Shown: one piece after another, positions 8,364-17,432 of the stretch
How positions within the stretch are numbered: position 1 is the first letter of the stretch
How the letters are laid out: each line of letters starts with the position of its first letter
NCBI GenBank assembly: GCA_965250285.1
Contig: OZ252299.1
Coordinates: 4,768,001 to 4,832,000, forward strand
Source of the DNA: Myxococcota bacterium
GTDB taxonomy: Bacteria; Myxococcota_A; UBA9160; UBA4427
Direction: 5' to 3'
DNA length: 64,000 nucleotides
Position numbers and translations under genes: made by a program
The notes under the pieces: generated by a model
The model's database searches: none
Told to the model about the DNA's origin: nothing
The model's input: only the letters and a program-made list of their open reading frames with translations

Positions 8364-11225
8364 TTATGACTCCGAGTCATCCGGAGTCAACGCCTGCGCC
8401 GATTCGTGCCCGAGCCGCAGGTCGTCGAGCAGCTCCTCGACGTCCTCGGGGCGCATGACATGGATCTCCGTACCCTCGGGGAACGCGTGGCCGAGACGTC
8501 GGAAGTAGCCCTTGTCGGTGCGGCCCTCGACGATCACGACGACGCCACGGTCGGTCTCGGTCCGGATCAGCCGGCCCGCCATCTGCTTCAGATACAGAAG
8601 CATCTTGCCAAGCGTGTATCTCTCGAAGGGGCGCCCGCCGGCCTCCCGCACGCGCTGCTCGCGCCTGCGCCGCAGCTCGGTCGGCACCTCGAAGGGCAGC
8701 TTCTCGATGACCACGGCCTGCAAGTGGTCGCCGGGCAGATCGAGGCCCTGCCAGAACGTGCGAGCGCCGAGCAGCACGGCGCCGCCCGGCGCGGTTCGAA
8801 AGCGCTCGACCAGACCGGCGGGGTCGTCGCCGGCCCGGCGCGGCGCCAAGACCTCGATTTCGTCTCCCGCGAGCGCGACCCCCAGCCGATCGGCCACCGC
8901 ATTCATCCGGCGCAGGCTGGTGAAGAGCCCGAGCGTCCGGCCGCCGAGCCGACGCGCGATCGTCTCGATCGTCCGGGCCGTCTCCCACTCGAGATCGCCG
9001 ATGCGAGACAGGGCCGCAACGCGCAGGTTCGCTTCGTAGTCGAAGGGGCTCTCGACGCGCACGCGCCGCAGCGGACGGCCGGTGAAGCCGTCGATCTCGA
9101 GCTCGCCGAGTGCCGCGAACTCATCGCCGTCGATGAAGAGGCTCGCCGACACGGCCGCGAACGAGTCGAGCCCCTCCATGAAGGCCGTCTGGAAGACCTC
9201 GCCGGGCGCGACCGAACGCAGCGCGAGCGTCCACCGGTCGTAGGGCACGGAGAGTCGAGAGAACGCGGCCACGACACCCTCGCGCTCGCCCTCGAACGCC
9301 AGCCGCAGGCCCCGTGCATTCTCGCGCCACGACTCGGCGTGCCGACGTACGGCGCTGTCGCCATCCCCCGACGTGGGGTCTTCGTCGAACGACCACTCCG
9401 CCGCGTCTTCGAGGCGCTCGGCCAGACCTGCGAGGTGCTCGAGCCGGGCGGCGCAGGCATCGGCGATGCGGGCGACATCAACGAAGGGCCCCTCGGCCAG
9501 CGCGGGAAGCTCGAGCTCACCGAACTCGCCCGCATGATCGGCGAGCGCACGCCCCACGCTCGAGAGGTCGACGAGCAGCGCGCGGCGCAGCTCGCGCACC
9601 TCCTTCGCGGCCTCCATGCGTTGTTTGCGCGGCAACAGCCCCGTGCCGGGATCACGTTCGAGGCCCATCTTCGATGGTGCACCGAACGTCTCGTCGAGAC
9701 GCTCGACGATCTCTTCGGGGCGCACGGTCTGCGCGTAGACCTCGTCGGCGACGCCCGCGAGCTCATGGCCCTCGTCGACGATCACGTGCGAGAACGAGGG
9801 ATAGTCGGGCGGCCAACGCAGCAGCAGATCGTGATTGGCCACGACGAGATCGGCCTTCGCGAGCGCCGCGCGCCGCAGTCCGAACGGGCACGTCGGGTGC
9901 TTGGCGCAGTCCTCGCGACTGCACTGCTCGGCGCGCGACGCCACCGATGCCCGCACGAGCTCGCGCAGCCTCGGGTGTCTGAAGTGCAGCGCGCCGGGCA
10001 GCGTCCCGACCTCGCCGTGGGGACGATTGCGGGCGCAGGCGAGCAGCGTCGCATACGTGAGACGCTCTTCGATGAACAGCTCGGGATCGCACCCCTCGGC
10101 GAGCGCCTCCTTCAGGCGGCGCTCGCACACGTAGTTCGCGCGCCCCTTGATCGAGATGGCCTTCAGCTCGGGCCAGCCGAGGAAACGCGCGGCGGCGGCG
10201 ATGTCCTTGCCGAGCAGCTGATCCTGCAAGAGCTTCGTGCGTGTCGAGACGATCACCGGCTGCTTGCGCTTGCCTTCGCGCGCATCCATCACGAAGGGGA
10301 TCGCGGCGGCGAGGTACGCGAGGCTCTTGCCGACGCCCGTGCCGCCTTCGATCAGCAGCGTCTCGCCGCGCTTCAGGTTGCGGGCGAACGCGCGCGCCAG
10401 CTCGATCTGCTCGTCACGCACCCGATAGCGCGGGAACGACCGGCGCCCGCGCGCCTCGTCGGCCAACGCTGCCGCGATCGCGTCTTCGTCGAAGGGCACG
10501 GGAGCTTCATGGGTTTCACCGACCGCGACGTAGGGACTCTCGGCTTCGAAGTCGTCGCTGGGCGCGAAGCCGACACCGAGCAGAGGACGCCACCCCGACT
10601 CGGGGGCGAATCGATCGAGCGCGCGGCGCGCATGGACGTAGCGGGCGTGCCCATCCGCCGCGCCCTCGGCGATCTTCACGAGGATCTCGACCGTATCGAG
10701 CACGTCGGAGAGCGCACGATGCTGCTCGGCGCGCCCGAGCAGAATCTGGGTGAACGACTCGAGTCGCTGGTCCTTCGCATCGGGATGCGTGAGCCCGAGC
10801 AGATCCTGGGTGTCGAGATAGCGCGCGCTCTGGAGGGCGCGGTCGATGTCCTTCGAGAGGAAGTGGCGCTCGAACGCGGCGTTGTGGGCGATGATGGTGC
10901 GCCCGCGCAGCGCCTCGGCGAGCCCGGGTGCGACCTCGGCGAGCGGCGGCGCATCGACGAGATCTTCGTCGCGCAAGCCGGTCAGCCGGCGGATCGCCGC
11001 AGGCAGCGCCCCCGTCGGACGCACGAGCGTCGAGATCGTCTCGACGGTATCCCGACCCGGGTCGACGAGCGCGGCCGCGAACTCGATCACGTGGGCCGAG
11101 CGGCGCTCGGGCAGGCCGGTGGTCTCGAGGTCGACGACCGCAAGGGGACCGTGCACTTCCAGCAACGGCCCGAGCGCCGGCCAGACGCGGACGGCGGCGG
11201 TTTCTCGCTTCAGGAGGCGCTGCAC
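8364..11225 (-). CDS. dinG: DinG-family helicase with N-terminal DEDDh exonuclease domain
   Basis: VVDLETTG, AHNAAFE, HRALSD; GGTGVGKS; Cys cluster typical of the Fe-S domain; IVDEGHEL; FWQGLDLPG; QMAGRLIR. Confidence 0.88.
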   Translation of the reverse strand: MQRLLKRETAAVRVWPALGPLLEVHGPLAVVDLETTGLPERRSAHVIEFAAALVDPGRDTVETISTLVRPTGALPAAIRRLTGLRDEDLVDAPPLAEVAPGLAEALRGRTIIAHNAAFERHFLSKDIDRALQSARYLDTQDLLGLTHPDAKDQRLESFTQILLGRAEQHRALSDVLDTVEILVKIAEGAADGHARYVHARRALDRFAPESGWRPLLGVGFAPSDDFEAESPYVAVGETHEAPVPFDEDAIAAALADEARGRRSFPRYRVRDEQIELARAFARNLKRGETLLIEGGTGVGKSLAYLAAAIPFVMDAREGKRKQPVIVSTRTKLLQDQLLGKDIAAAARFLGWPELKAISIKGRANYVCERRLKEALAEGCDPELFIEERLTYATLLACARNRPHGEVGTLPGALHFRHPRLRELVRASVASRAEQCSREDCAKHPTCPFGLRRAALAKADLVVANHDLLLRWPPDYPSFSHVIVDEGHELAGVADEVYAQTVRPEEIVERLDETFGAPSKMGLERDPGTGLLPRKQRMEAAKEVRELRRALLVDLSSVGRALADHAGEFGELELPALAEGPFVDVARIADACAARLEHLAGLAERLEDAAEWSFDEDPTSGDGDSAVRRHAESWRENARGLRLAFEGEREGVVAAFSRLSVPYDRWTLALRSVAPGEVFQTAFMEGLDSFAAVSASLFIDGDEFAALGELEIDGFTGRPLRRVRVESPFDYEANLRVAALSRIGDLEWETARTIETIARRLGGRTLGLFTSLRRMNAVADRLGVALAGDEIEVLAPRRAGDDPAGLVERFRTAPGGAVLLGARTFWQGLDLPGDHLQAVVIEKLPFEVPTELRRRREQRVREAGGRPFERYTLGKMLLYLKQMAGRLIRTETDRGVVVIVEGRTDKGYFRRLGHAFPEGTEIHVMRPEDVEELLDDLRLGHESAQALTPDDSES

Positions 11226-11268
11226 GCGGCAAGCCTCTCCCGGGACCGGGTCGGGGGTGGTGGACCGG

Positions 11269-11300
11269 GAGGGCGCAACGCCACCCGGCGTGGCGCCCTC
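11269..11300 (-). terminator. GC-rich hairpin after the TPP enzyme gene
   Basis: GAGGGCGCAACGCC-ACCC-GGCGTGGCGCCCTC; no U-tract. Confidence 0.35.
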
Positions 11301-11321
11301 ACCCTCTGGCAGCGCGACGGA

Positions 11322-12971
11322 TCAGACGTAGATCCCGCCCGACCACTCACGATCCTGCCGGATGTTCACGTTGATGCAGGCAGCCTTCCCGGACGCTGCC
11401 GCACGCTCGAGGGCCGGGCGCAGCTCGTCGGGGTGATTCACGTTCTCGCCGTGGCCGCCCATGGCTTCGACGATCTTGTCGTATCGCGTCGGGTTCAGCA
11501 GCGTGCCGTCGAGGCGGTCCCAGCCCATCATTGCACCCTGCGGCCGCATCATCTGGCCCCAGGCGGCGTCGTTGCCCACGATGCCGATCACCGGCAGCCC
11601 GAAGCGAATCGCGGTGTCGTACTCGAAGCCGTTCAGGCCGAACGAACCATCGCCATACACGATCACGACTCGCTTGTCGGGGTTCGAGAGCTGCGCCGCC
11701 AGCGCGAAGGGCATACCCACACCCAGCGTGCCGAGCGGGCCGGGATCCATCCACGCGCCTTCGCGCTTCACGGGCAGAATCTTCGCCGCCGTCGCGACGA
11801 TGTCGCCGCCATCGCCGATCACGATCGGATCGTCGAGCGTGCCGAGCCAGTCTCGCACCTCGGCACACATGCGCATCGGGTCGAGCGGGCTCTCGTCGCT
11901 GCCGAGCTTCGACTGCACCTTCTCTTCTTCGGCCGTCTCGATCGCGCGCAGCTCGTCTCGCCACGGCGAGTAGTCGAGCGTGACGCTCTGGTTCTTCATC
12001 TCTTCGAGCAGCAGATCGAAGGTGCACGCGAGATTGCCGACCAGCGGGACGTCGGTCTCGCGATTCTGGCCCATCAAGATGTTGTCCATGTCGAGCTGGA
12101 TGATCTTCGCATCGGCCGGGATGGTCGCACCGAAGCGCATCCGGAAGTCGAGCAGCGTACCGGCGAGCACGACGCAGTCGGCCTTCTTGAGCGCGTCGCG
12201 CCGTGCGCGATTGAAGAACTCGGGCGAGTCGGGCGGGACGGTGCCGCGCCCCATGCCGTTGCAGCACGTCGGCATGTGGGTCTCTCCGATGAACGCGTTC
12301 AGCGCCTCGGTCGCCTGTGACCACTTCACGCTCGTGCCCGACATGAGCAGCGGGCGCTCACTCGAAGCCAGGATGTCGATCGCCTTGCGCACCTCGTCCC
12401 GGTCGGGCGAGAGCCGCGGCGGTTGGGTGCGGATCGTCGGAATGTACGCGTGCTCGAAGCTCTCGACGGTGCCGTTCCACGTGTCCATCGGGATCTCGAG
12501 ATACGCGGGGCCAGGCGTGCCCGAGACCGCGTGGCGGATCGCCAGCTCGATGAACTCGGGGATGCGCTCGGGCTGGTAGACGGCGTCGCAGTACTTCGTG
12601 ATCGGCTTGACGACGCCGAGGTGGTCCATCTCCTGCAGCGACCCCTTGCGCAGTTGCGAGAACGGCCCCTGGCCGCCGAAGACGAGGATCGGCGAGTTGG
12701 CGCGCCAGGCATTCGCGATGCCGGTGACGCCATCGGTCACGCCCGGGCCGGCGGTGATGGCCGCGACGCCGATGCTGCCCGGGTTGCAGCGCGCCCACGA
12801 ATCGGCCGCATGCACGGCGGCCTGCTCGTGGCGAACGTCGATGATGCGGATGCCCTCGTCGAGGCAGCCGTCGTAGAGCGGCATGATGTGGCCGCCGGGC
12901 AGCGTGAAGAGGACTTCGACGCCCGCGTTCTTGAGTGCGCGGGCAGCCAGCTTTCCACCGTGTACGGGCAT
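11322..12971 (-). CDS. Thiamine-pyrophosphate enzyme (acetolactate synthase-like / 2-hydroxyacyl-CoA lyase family)
   Basis: VRHEQAAVHAA, TAGPGVTD, GDGSFG...GNDAAWG TPP motif; ATG 12971 follows CAGGAG. Confidence 0.9.
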   Translation of the reverse strand: MPVHGGKLAARALKNAGVEVLFTLPGGHIMPLYDGCLDEGIRIIDVRHEQAAVHAADSWARCNPGSIGVAAITAGPGVTDGVTGIANAWRANSPILVFGGQGPFSQLRKGSLQEMDHLGVVKPITKYCDAVYQPERIPEFIELAIRHAVSGTPGPAYLEIPMDTWNGTVESFEHAYIPTIRTQPPRLSPDRDEVRKAIDILASSERPLLMSGTSVKWSQATEALNAFIGETHMPTCCNGMGRGTVPPDSPEFFNRARRDALKKADCVVLAGTLLDFRMRFGATIPADAKIIQLDMDNILMGQNRETDVPLVGNLACTFDLLLEEMKNQSVTLDYSPWRDELRAIETAEEEKVQSKLGSDESPLDPMRMCAEVRDWLGTLDDPIVIGDGGDIVATAAKILPVKREGAWMDPGPLGTLGVGMPFALAAQLSNPDKRVVIVYGDGSFGLNGFEYDTAIRFGLPVIGIVGNDAAWGQMMRPQGAMMGWDRLDGTLLNPTRYDKIVEAMGGHGENVNHPDELRPALERAAASGKAACINVNIRQDREWSGGIYV

Positions 12972-13090
12972 GGGGGGCTCCTGGGGATGGGTGGGGTGGC
13001 ACGAGAGAAACGACTCTATCACCCGGGTTGAGCCGGGGCCAACGAGCCGACTCGTCCGCGACCAAGGCCCGAAACCGCGCCCCAAATGCA

Positions 13091-13120
13091 GGAGAGGCGG
13101 ACCCGGGGGTCCGCCTCTCC
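13091..13120 (-). terminator. Perfect 13-bp inverted repeat downstream of pal
   Basis: GGAGAGGCGGACC-CGGG-GGTCCGCCTCTCC, ~60 nt after the pal stop; weak U-tract. Confidence 0.6.
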
Positions 13121-13178
13121 ATGGATCATCGGCGCTGGTCGCTCGGCGGTGCGCACGCGCGCCGAGCGGGGCGTTCGG

Positions 13179-13694
13179 TCATTGAACGGCCTTGAAGACC
13201 GCGCGTCGGTTCTTCGCCCACGCCGTCTCGTTGTTGCCCTGCACGGCCGGGCGAAGCTCGCCGTAGCTCACGATGGTCAGCTGCCCATCGTCGACGCCGA
13301 GGTTCTCGAGGTAGCGACGCACCGAAGCGGCGCGGCGCTCACCCAGCGCGAGGTTGTACTCTTCGCTGCCCCGGTTGTCGGTATGGCCTTCGATCACGAT
13401 GTTCGCGCCGGTCTCCTTGAGCAGTTCCGCACCCGCGCGGAGGCCCTGCACGTAGTCGGACTTGATGTCCGACTTGTCGAAGTCGAAGTAGACCGTCGCG
13501 ATCTCGATCTCGACGACCGTGGGCATCTCGGCGGCCGCCGCGCTGGCGTCATCCGCCGTGTCGTCGAACTCACTCGGAGCCGTCTCGGGCACCTCTTCTT
13601 CGGGCGTCGACTGACAAGCGGCGGTGAAGAGAAGGAGCGCGGCCACCATCGCCAGCATCGACGCTTTGCGGCTGATGCGAATGAATCGAGTCAT
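13179..13694 (-). CDS. pal: Peptidoglycan-associated lipoprotein (OmpA-like domain)
   Basis: Lipobox FTAAC; VYFDFDKS; IEGHTDNRGSEEYNLALGERRA; SYGELRP; WAKNRR. Confidence 0.92.
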   Translation of the reverse strand: MTRFIRISRKASMLAMVAALLLFTAACQSTPEEEVPETAPSEFDDTADDASAAAAEMPTVVEIEIATVYFDFDKSDIKSDYVQGLRAGAELLKETGANIVIEGHTDNRGSEEYNLALGERRAASVRRYLENLGVDDGQLTIVSYGELRPAVQGNNETAWAKNRRAVFKAVQ

Positions 13695-13988
13695 GTATCC
13701 CTGCTTTCCTCAAGTTGTCAGGCCGTCATTGCGTGCCTGAGGTTTCGGGGGGGCAGCCGTTCCGGGCAGGATGCGGGCTTTCCAGCCCGAATCGAACCAG
13801 GACGGCGGCAATGATGTGGTGTCCCGTGGTTCTCTGCAAGCGGTGAAGCCTGCGAGTCGCACCCGATCGGGCCGTTCTGCGGCACATGTCGGCAATCACA
13901 CCCGCAGCCCGCGCCCCGATTCGGATGTCCAGCGGCCCCACTCCGCGACCTGGATCACACCGAGGCGGATTCGGCCGCACAGTCAGCA

Positions 13989-14082
13989 GTGATCAGGGCT
14001 CGGGTTCGGCTGGCGAGCGACCGGTGATCTGGGCTCGGATGCGGCTCGCGAGCGACGTGTGATCAGGGCCCGGGTACGGCTG
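13989..14082. repeat. 35-bp tandem repeat (~2.7 degenerate copies) containing the stop of the TPR lipoprotein gene
   Basis: GTGATC(A/T)GGGC(T/C)CGG at 13989, 14024 and 14059. Confidence 0.8.
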
Positions 14083-14827
14083 ACTTCGGAAGTCCGAGTG
14101 CCTCGAGCATGAGTGCCTGCAGCTCGGGCGCTTCGGCGTGACGCTCGAGACCGTCCGATAGAGCGCGCAACGCTGCGCGGCGGTCTTCGGCATCGAGCAG
14201 CGCGCGGCCCAGCCTCGCATCCAGATCGACGCGATCGGGGTCGGCTTCGATCGCTGCGCGCAGTGCCTCGATCGAAGCCGCTTCGTCGCCCGCGGCCAGA
14301 GCGGCCTCGCATTCGAGCACCAGGAGCTGCGCACGAACCGGCCCGGCCTCGACATGCGCGCAGTCTTCGGTCGCGTCGATGCGATCGAGCAGCTCGCCGG
14401 CACCGAGCTGCGAAGCCTCAACGCGGGCGGATGCAGCCGCCAACCACAGATCGCATCGCTCCCGCGGCGCCAGCGCGCGCGTCGACGGCTCGCCGATCGC
14501 CGTCGCCCGGTCGTCGAGCGCGACTGCCTCGTCGAACGACTGCTGAGCGATACGGACGCGCGCGAGGCCATCGAGCACGCGGGGATCGTCGGGCAACGCC
14601 TCACCGGCCTGTTGATACTTCTTGGCCGCGTCTTCGAGGCGACCGCGCGCAGCGGCGACGTCGGCCTCCTGCAAGGCGCGCTCTGCCGCCTGGTTCGACT
14701 TCGCAGACGGGTCGGCCGGATCGGCCGGACCGAGCAGCGCCTTGCAGCCGAAGGCACCAAAGGCTGCCAACAGGGTCAGGATCAGAGGAAGCCGACGGCG
14801 AACGCCGTCGCGATCGCGTCGAGTCAT
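14063..14827 (-). CDS. TPR-repeat lipoprotein
   Basis: ATG 14827 overlaps the upstream stop (ATGA); signal peptide ending AFGC; TPR-like helices (ALPDDPRVLDGLARV, ADPDRVDLDARLGRAL). Confidence 0.75.
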   Translation of the reverse strand: MTRRDRDGVRRRLPLILTLLAAFGAFGCKALLGPADPADPSAKSNQAAERALQEADVAAARGRLEDAAKKYQQAGEALPDDPRVLDGLARVRIAQQSFDEAVALDDRATAIGEPSTRALAPRERCDLWLAAASARVEASQLGAGELLDRIDATEDCAHVEAGPVRAQLLVLECEAALAAGDEAASIEALRAAIEADPDRVDLDARLGRALLDAEDRRAALRALSDGLERHAEAPELQALMLEALGLPKSAVPGP

Positions 14828-15426
14828 GAGATCGAATCGAGCTGCGTCACCAGCACCTTGGGATCGAGCCAGTGCTGGTAGTCGGTGCGCACGTCGATGA
14901 AGCGAACGATGCCGTCGCGATCGAGGATCAGCGTCGTCGGATGGGGTACGCCCTCTTCCATCACGTCGGGCCGTGACTTCAGGAGCCCGAGCTTGCGAAT
15001 CAAGGCGCTCTGCTCGTCGGTGAGAAAGTAGATCCGGTCGCGGAGACCGTACTCGTCGATCAACCGGCGCGTTCGCTCGCTGCACTGCTGTGCCGCCATC
15101 ACCCACACGATGTCGAGATCGGGCACGTCAGCCAAGGTCTCGCGCAGGTCGAGCAGCCTCGACTTCGTGAAGGGGCACCAGTCGATGCTGCGCTCGAACA
15201 CCAGTAAGACGCGGTTGCCGCGCAGATCGGACAGACCGACCGGAACGCCCTGCAGCGTGTGCAGGGTAGCGTCGGGCAACTGCTCGCCGATGCGAATCGG
15301 CTCGGCCGCGACGTCGCGTCGCACCTCGTCGTCGTAGCCGCGACTGCCCAGCCCGGTGCTGGGCAGCATCCAGTTCAGCACGAAGAGCAGGACGATCACG
15401 AGCGTGCCGACGATGCGAAGGGTCAT
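14824..15426 (-). CDS. Membrane-anchored redoxin (AhpC/TSA-like thioredoxin fold)
   Basis: N-terminal TM; GEQLPDATL, LSDLRG, WCPFT, PHPTTLILDRDGIVRF; ATGA overlap at the start. Confidence 0.8.
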   Translation of the reverse strand: MTLRIVGTLVIVLLFVLNWMLPSTGLGSRGYDDEVRRDVAAEPIRIGEQLPDATLHTLQGVPVGLSDLRGNRVLLVFERSIDWCPFTKSRLLDLRETLADVPDLDIVWVMAAQQCSERTRRLIDEYGLRDRIYFLTDEQSALIRKLGLLKSRPDVMEEGVPHPTTLILDRDGIVRFIDVRTDYQHWLDPKVLVTQLDSIS

Positions 15427-15887
15427 GTCGGCTCCTCGACCTCGGTGGCGGGCGTGGCCGGTGCGGCGGCTCCGGCCTCCGCCAGACGCGCGCCGCTGCG
15501 CGGTCGCAGCCACACCATACCCAGCGCCATCACGAGGAACAGAGACGCCTCGGTCCGCGGGAGATCCCCCAGCCAGACGGCATAGTCGCCCACGAACCAC
15601 GCGACCATGCGCACCACCGCCATCAGGCAGAACACCCACGCAGTGATGGTGGTGACCGTGCGACTCGCCTCGGGTGCCCGCGCCGCGCCGATCAGGCCGC
15701 CGCCCCAGCCGATGAGCGCACAGCCCGTGAAGGCGACGAAGTAGTAGCCGACCGGGCCCGTCGGGATGCTTGGATCGCTGAACGGCCGCTGATACGCGAA
15801 GAACGACCCCGTCAGCGCGATCCCGAACAGGAAGAACGCGAGACCGAGGGCGCCGACGTAGACCTGGTACACGAGGCGGATCGACAT
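15423..15887 (-). CDS. Hypothetical 4-TM membrane protein
   Basis: Four hydrophobic segments; stop overlaps the redoxin start. Confidence 0.75.
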   Translation of the reverse strand: MSIRLVYQVYVGALGLAFFLFGIALTGSFFAYQRPFSDPSIPTGPVGYYFVAFTGCALIGWGGGLIGAARAPEASRTVTTITAWVFCLMAVVRMVAWFVGDYAVWLGDLPRTEASLFLVMALGMVWLRPRSGARLAEAGAAAPATPATEVEEPT

Positions 15888-16055
15888 CGCCCTTATGATG
15901 CCCCGGATGAGCGCCGAGTTCTCGCGCGAATCGACGCTGAATCAGCGAGGCGATGCCCGGTTCACACGCGCGGGCGAGGTACGATCCAGAGGCCGGCGCG
16001 TCCCGATCACCCCGCTTGTTCGGGCGCTGCTCCGGCAACACCGCCGCCCGCCACG

Positions 16056-17381
16056 ATGGACGACATGAGCCTGCCCACGCACCGTGCTGCGGCGTCGATC
16101 CGCGAACCCGACCCGCCGCTCTCGGCCGACGAGCGCGCGCGGGGACGCCGCATCGCGATCACGAGCCACGCGTTCTCGATGACGTTCTCGATGGTGTTGC
16201 AGTCTCATCTGCCGACGCTCGCGCTGGTGTCGCTGGGCGCGAGCGAAGGGGTGATCGGGCTGCAGAGCGCGCTCAAGCTCGGTGACGTCGTGCAGCTGCC
16301 GGCGCTTCGCGCGGTCGCGCACTTCAGCAAGCGGCAGATCCTGCTCGCCGGTCAGATCGTCGGCCTGGTCGGTGCCCTGCCCTTCATCGCATTTCCGATG
16401 TGGCTCGATGCGAGCGCGTCACATCCGACCCTGGTTCCCTGGCTCGCGCTCTTCTTTTTCGCGGTCGTGACCGTCTCGCTTCGCGTCGGCGACGCCGTGT
16501 GGTTCCCCCTGTTGCGCGCCTACATGGAGCCTGGCGGCATCGGGCGCTTCTTCGGGACGATCCGGTCGTTCTGGCACCTCGCTCTGATCGTCTACTACCT
16601 CGCCGCCCAGATCTGGCTCGGCCGCCATCCCGATGGCTTCGGTCTGCTCTTCGCAGTCGCCTGGATCTGCGGCTTGACGCGTCTCGCCTTCATCATGCGC
16701 ATGCCCGAACGCGGCGAGCGCACGGGCGAGCGAATTCGTGTGCGCGAGGCCTTCGCTCTGCTGCGGCACGATCCTCGTCTACGGCGCTTCCTCGCCGGCT
16801 CGACCTGGGCCACCGCGGTGCGCGTCACCGTGATCCCGTTCGCGATCGTGATGATGCGTCGCGAGGTCGGCTTCACGTCGGCACACGTGCTGATGACGAC
16901 GGTGGCCTCGTTCGCAGGGGGCCTCGTCTCGCTCTACGGCTGGGGGCGCGTGATCGACCGCTTCGGCGCCGAACCGGTCTTCAAGAGCTCGTGCATCGGG
17001 CTCGGTGCGCTCACTGCCGCGCTCGTCGCCGTGAACGACGCGAGCCAGACCGCGCTCATGGGCCTCGTCCTCTTCTTCTTTCTACACGCGGTGCTGACCG
17101 CAGGCTTCGGAGTCGCCGACACCCACGTGCTCTTTCGCCTGACGCCGCCGGAGGCACCGGCGCGCACCCTCGTGCTCGCGAGTGTCGTGGTGGGGGCCCT
17201 CTCGAGCGTGGCGCCCATCGTGATCGGCTTCGGTCTAGACCGCTTCATCGCGAGCGCGAGCGATCCGCTTCTGGTCTACCATGCCCTCTTTGGCGGAGCG
17301 GCGGTGCTGCAGGCGCTCGCCTTCCTGCCGCTGCGGGGGCTCGATCACGCCGCTGGCTCGGAACTGCACCCGCACGGCTGA
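16056..17381 (+). CDS. MFS transporter
   Basis: ~12 TM segments; GRVIDRFGAEP loop motif. Confidence 0.8.
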   Translation: MDDMSLPTHRAAASIREPDPPLSADERARGRRIAITSHAFSMTFSMVLQSHLPTLALVSLGASEGVIGLQSALKLGDVVQLPALRAVAHFSKRQILLAGQIVGLVGALPFIAFPMWLDASASHPTLVPWLALFFFAVVTVSLRVGDAVWFPLLRAYMEPGGIGRFFGTIRSFWHLALIVYYLAAQIWLGRHPDGFGLLFAVAWICGLTRLAFIMRMPERGERTGERIRVREAFALLRHDPRLRRFLAGSTWATAVRVTVIPFAIVMMRREVGFTSAHVLMTTVASFAGGLVSLYGWGRVIDRFGAEPVFKSSCIGLGALTAALVAVNDASQTALMGLVLFFFLHAVLTAGFGVADTHVLFRLTPPEAPARTLVLASVVVGALSSVAPIVIGFGLDRFIASASDPLLVYHALFGGAAVLQALAFLPLRGLDHAAGSELHPHG

Positions 17382-17432
17382 CGCCGAACCGCCCCGACAC
17401 CGCCGCGATCCCCCCTCAGACCGAGTCGAGCC

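Noticed and set aside
8364..11225. Type IV CRISPR-associated or defence DinG
   Set aside because: Exonuclease-DinG fusions are common housekeeping proteins, and no cas or defence genes are adjacent.
8406..12320. 1304-aa plus-strand ORF and similar long ORFs (156-2006, 33881-37006, 42121-44949, 55881-58304)
   Set aside because: Antisense shadows of well-supported genes, expected at high GC3; no motifs.
13700..13985. ncRNA or CRP sites upstream of pal (TGTGA twice, CGGGCT-GGAA-AGCCCG hairpin)
   Set aside because: The second half-sites are poor and one short hairpin is insufficient; no known RNA family recognised.
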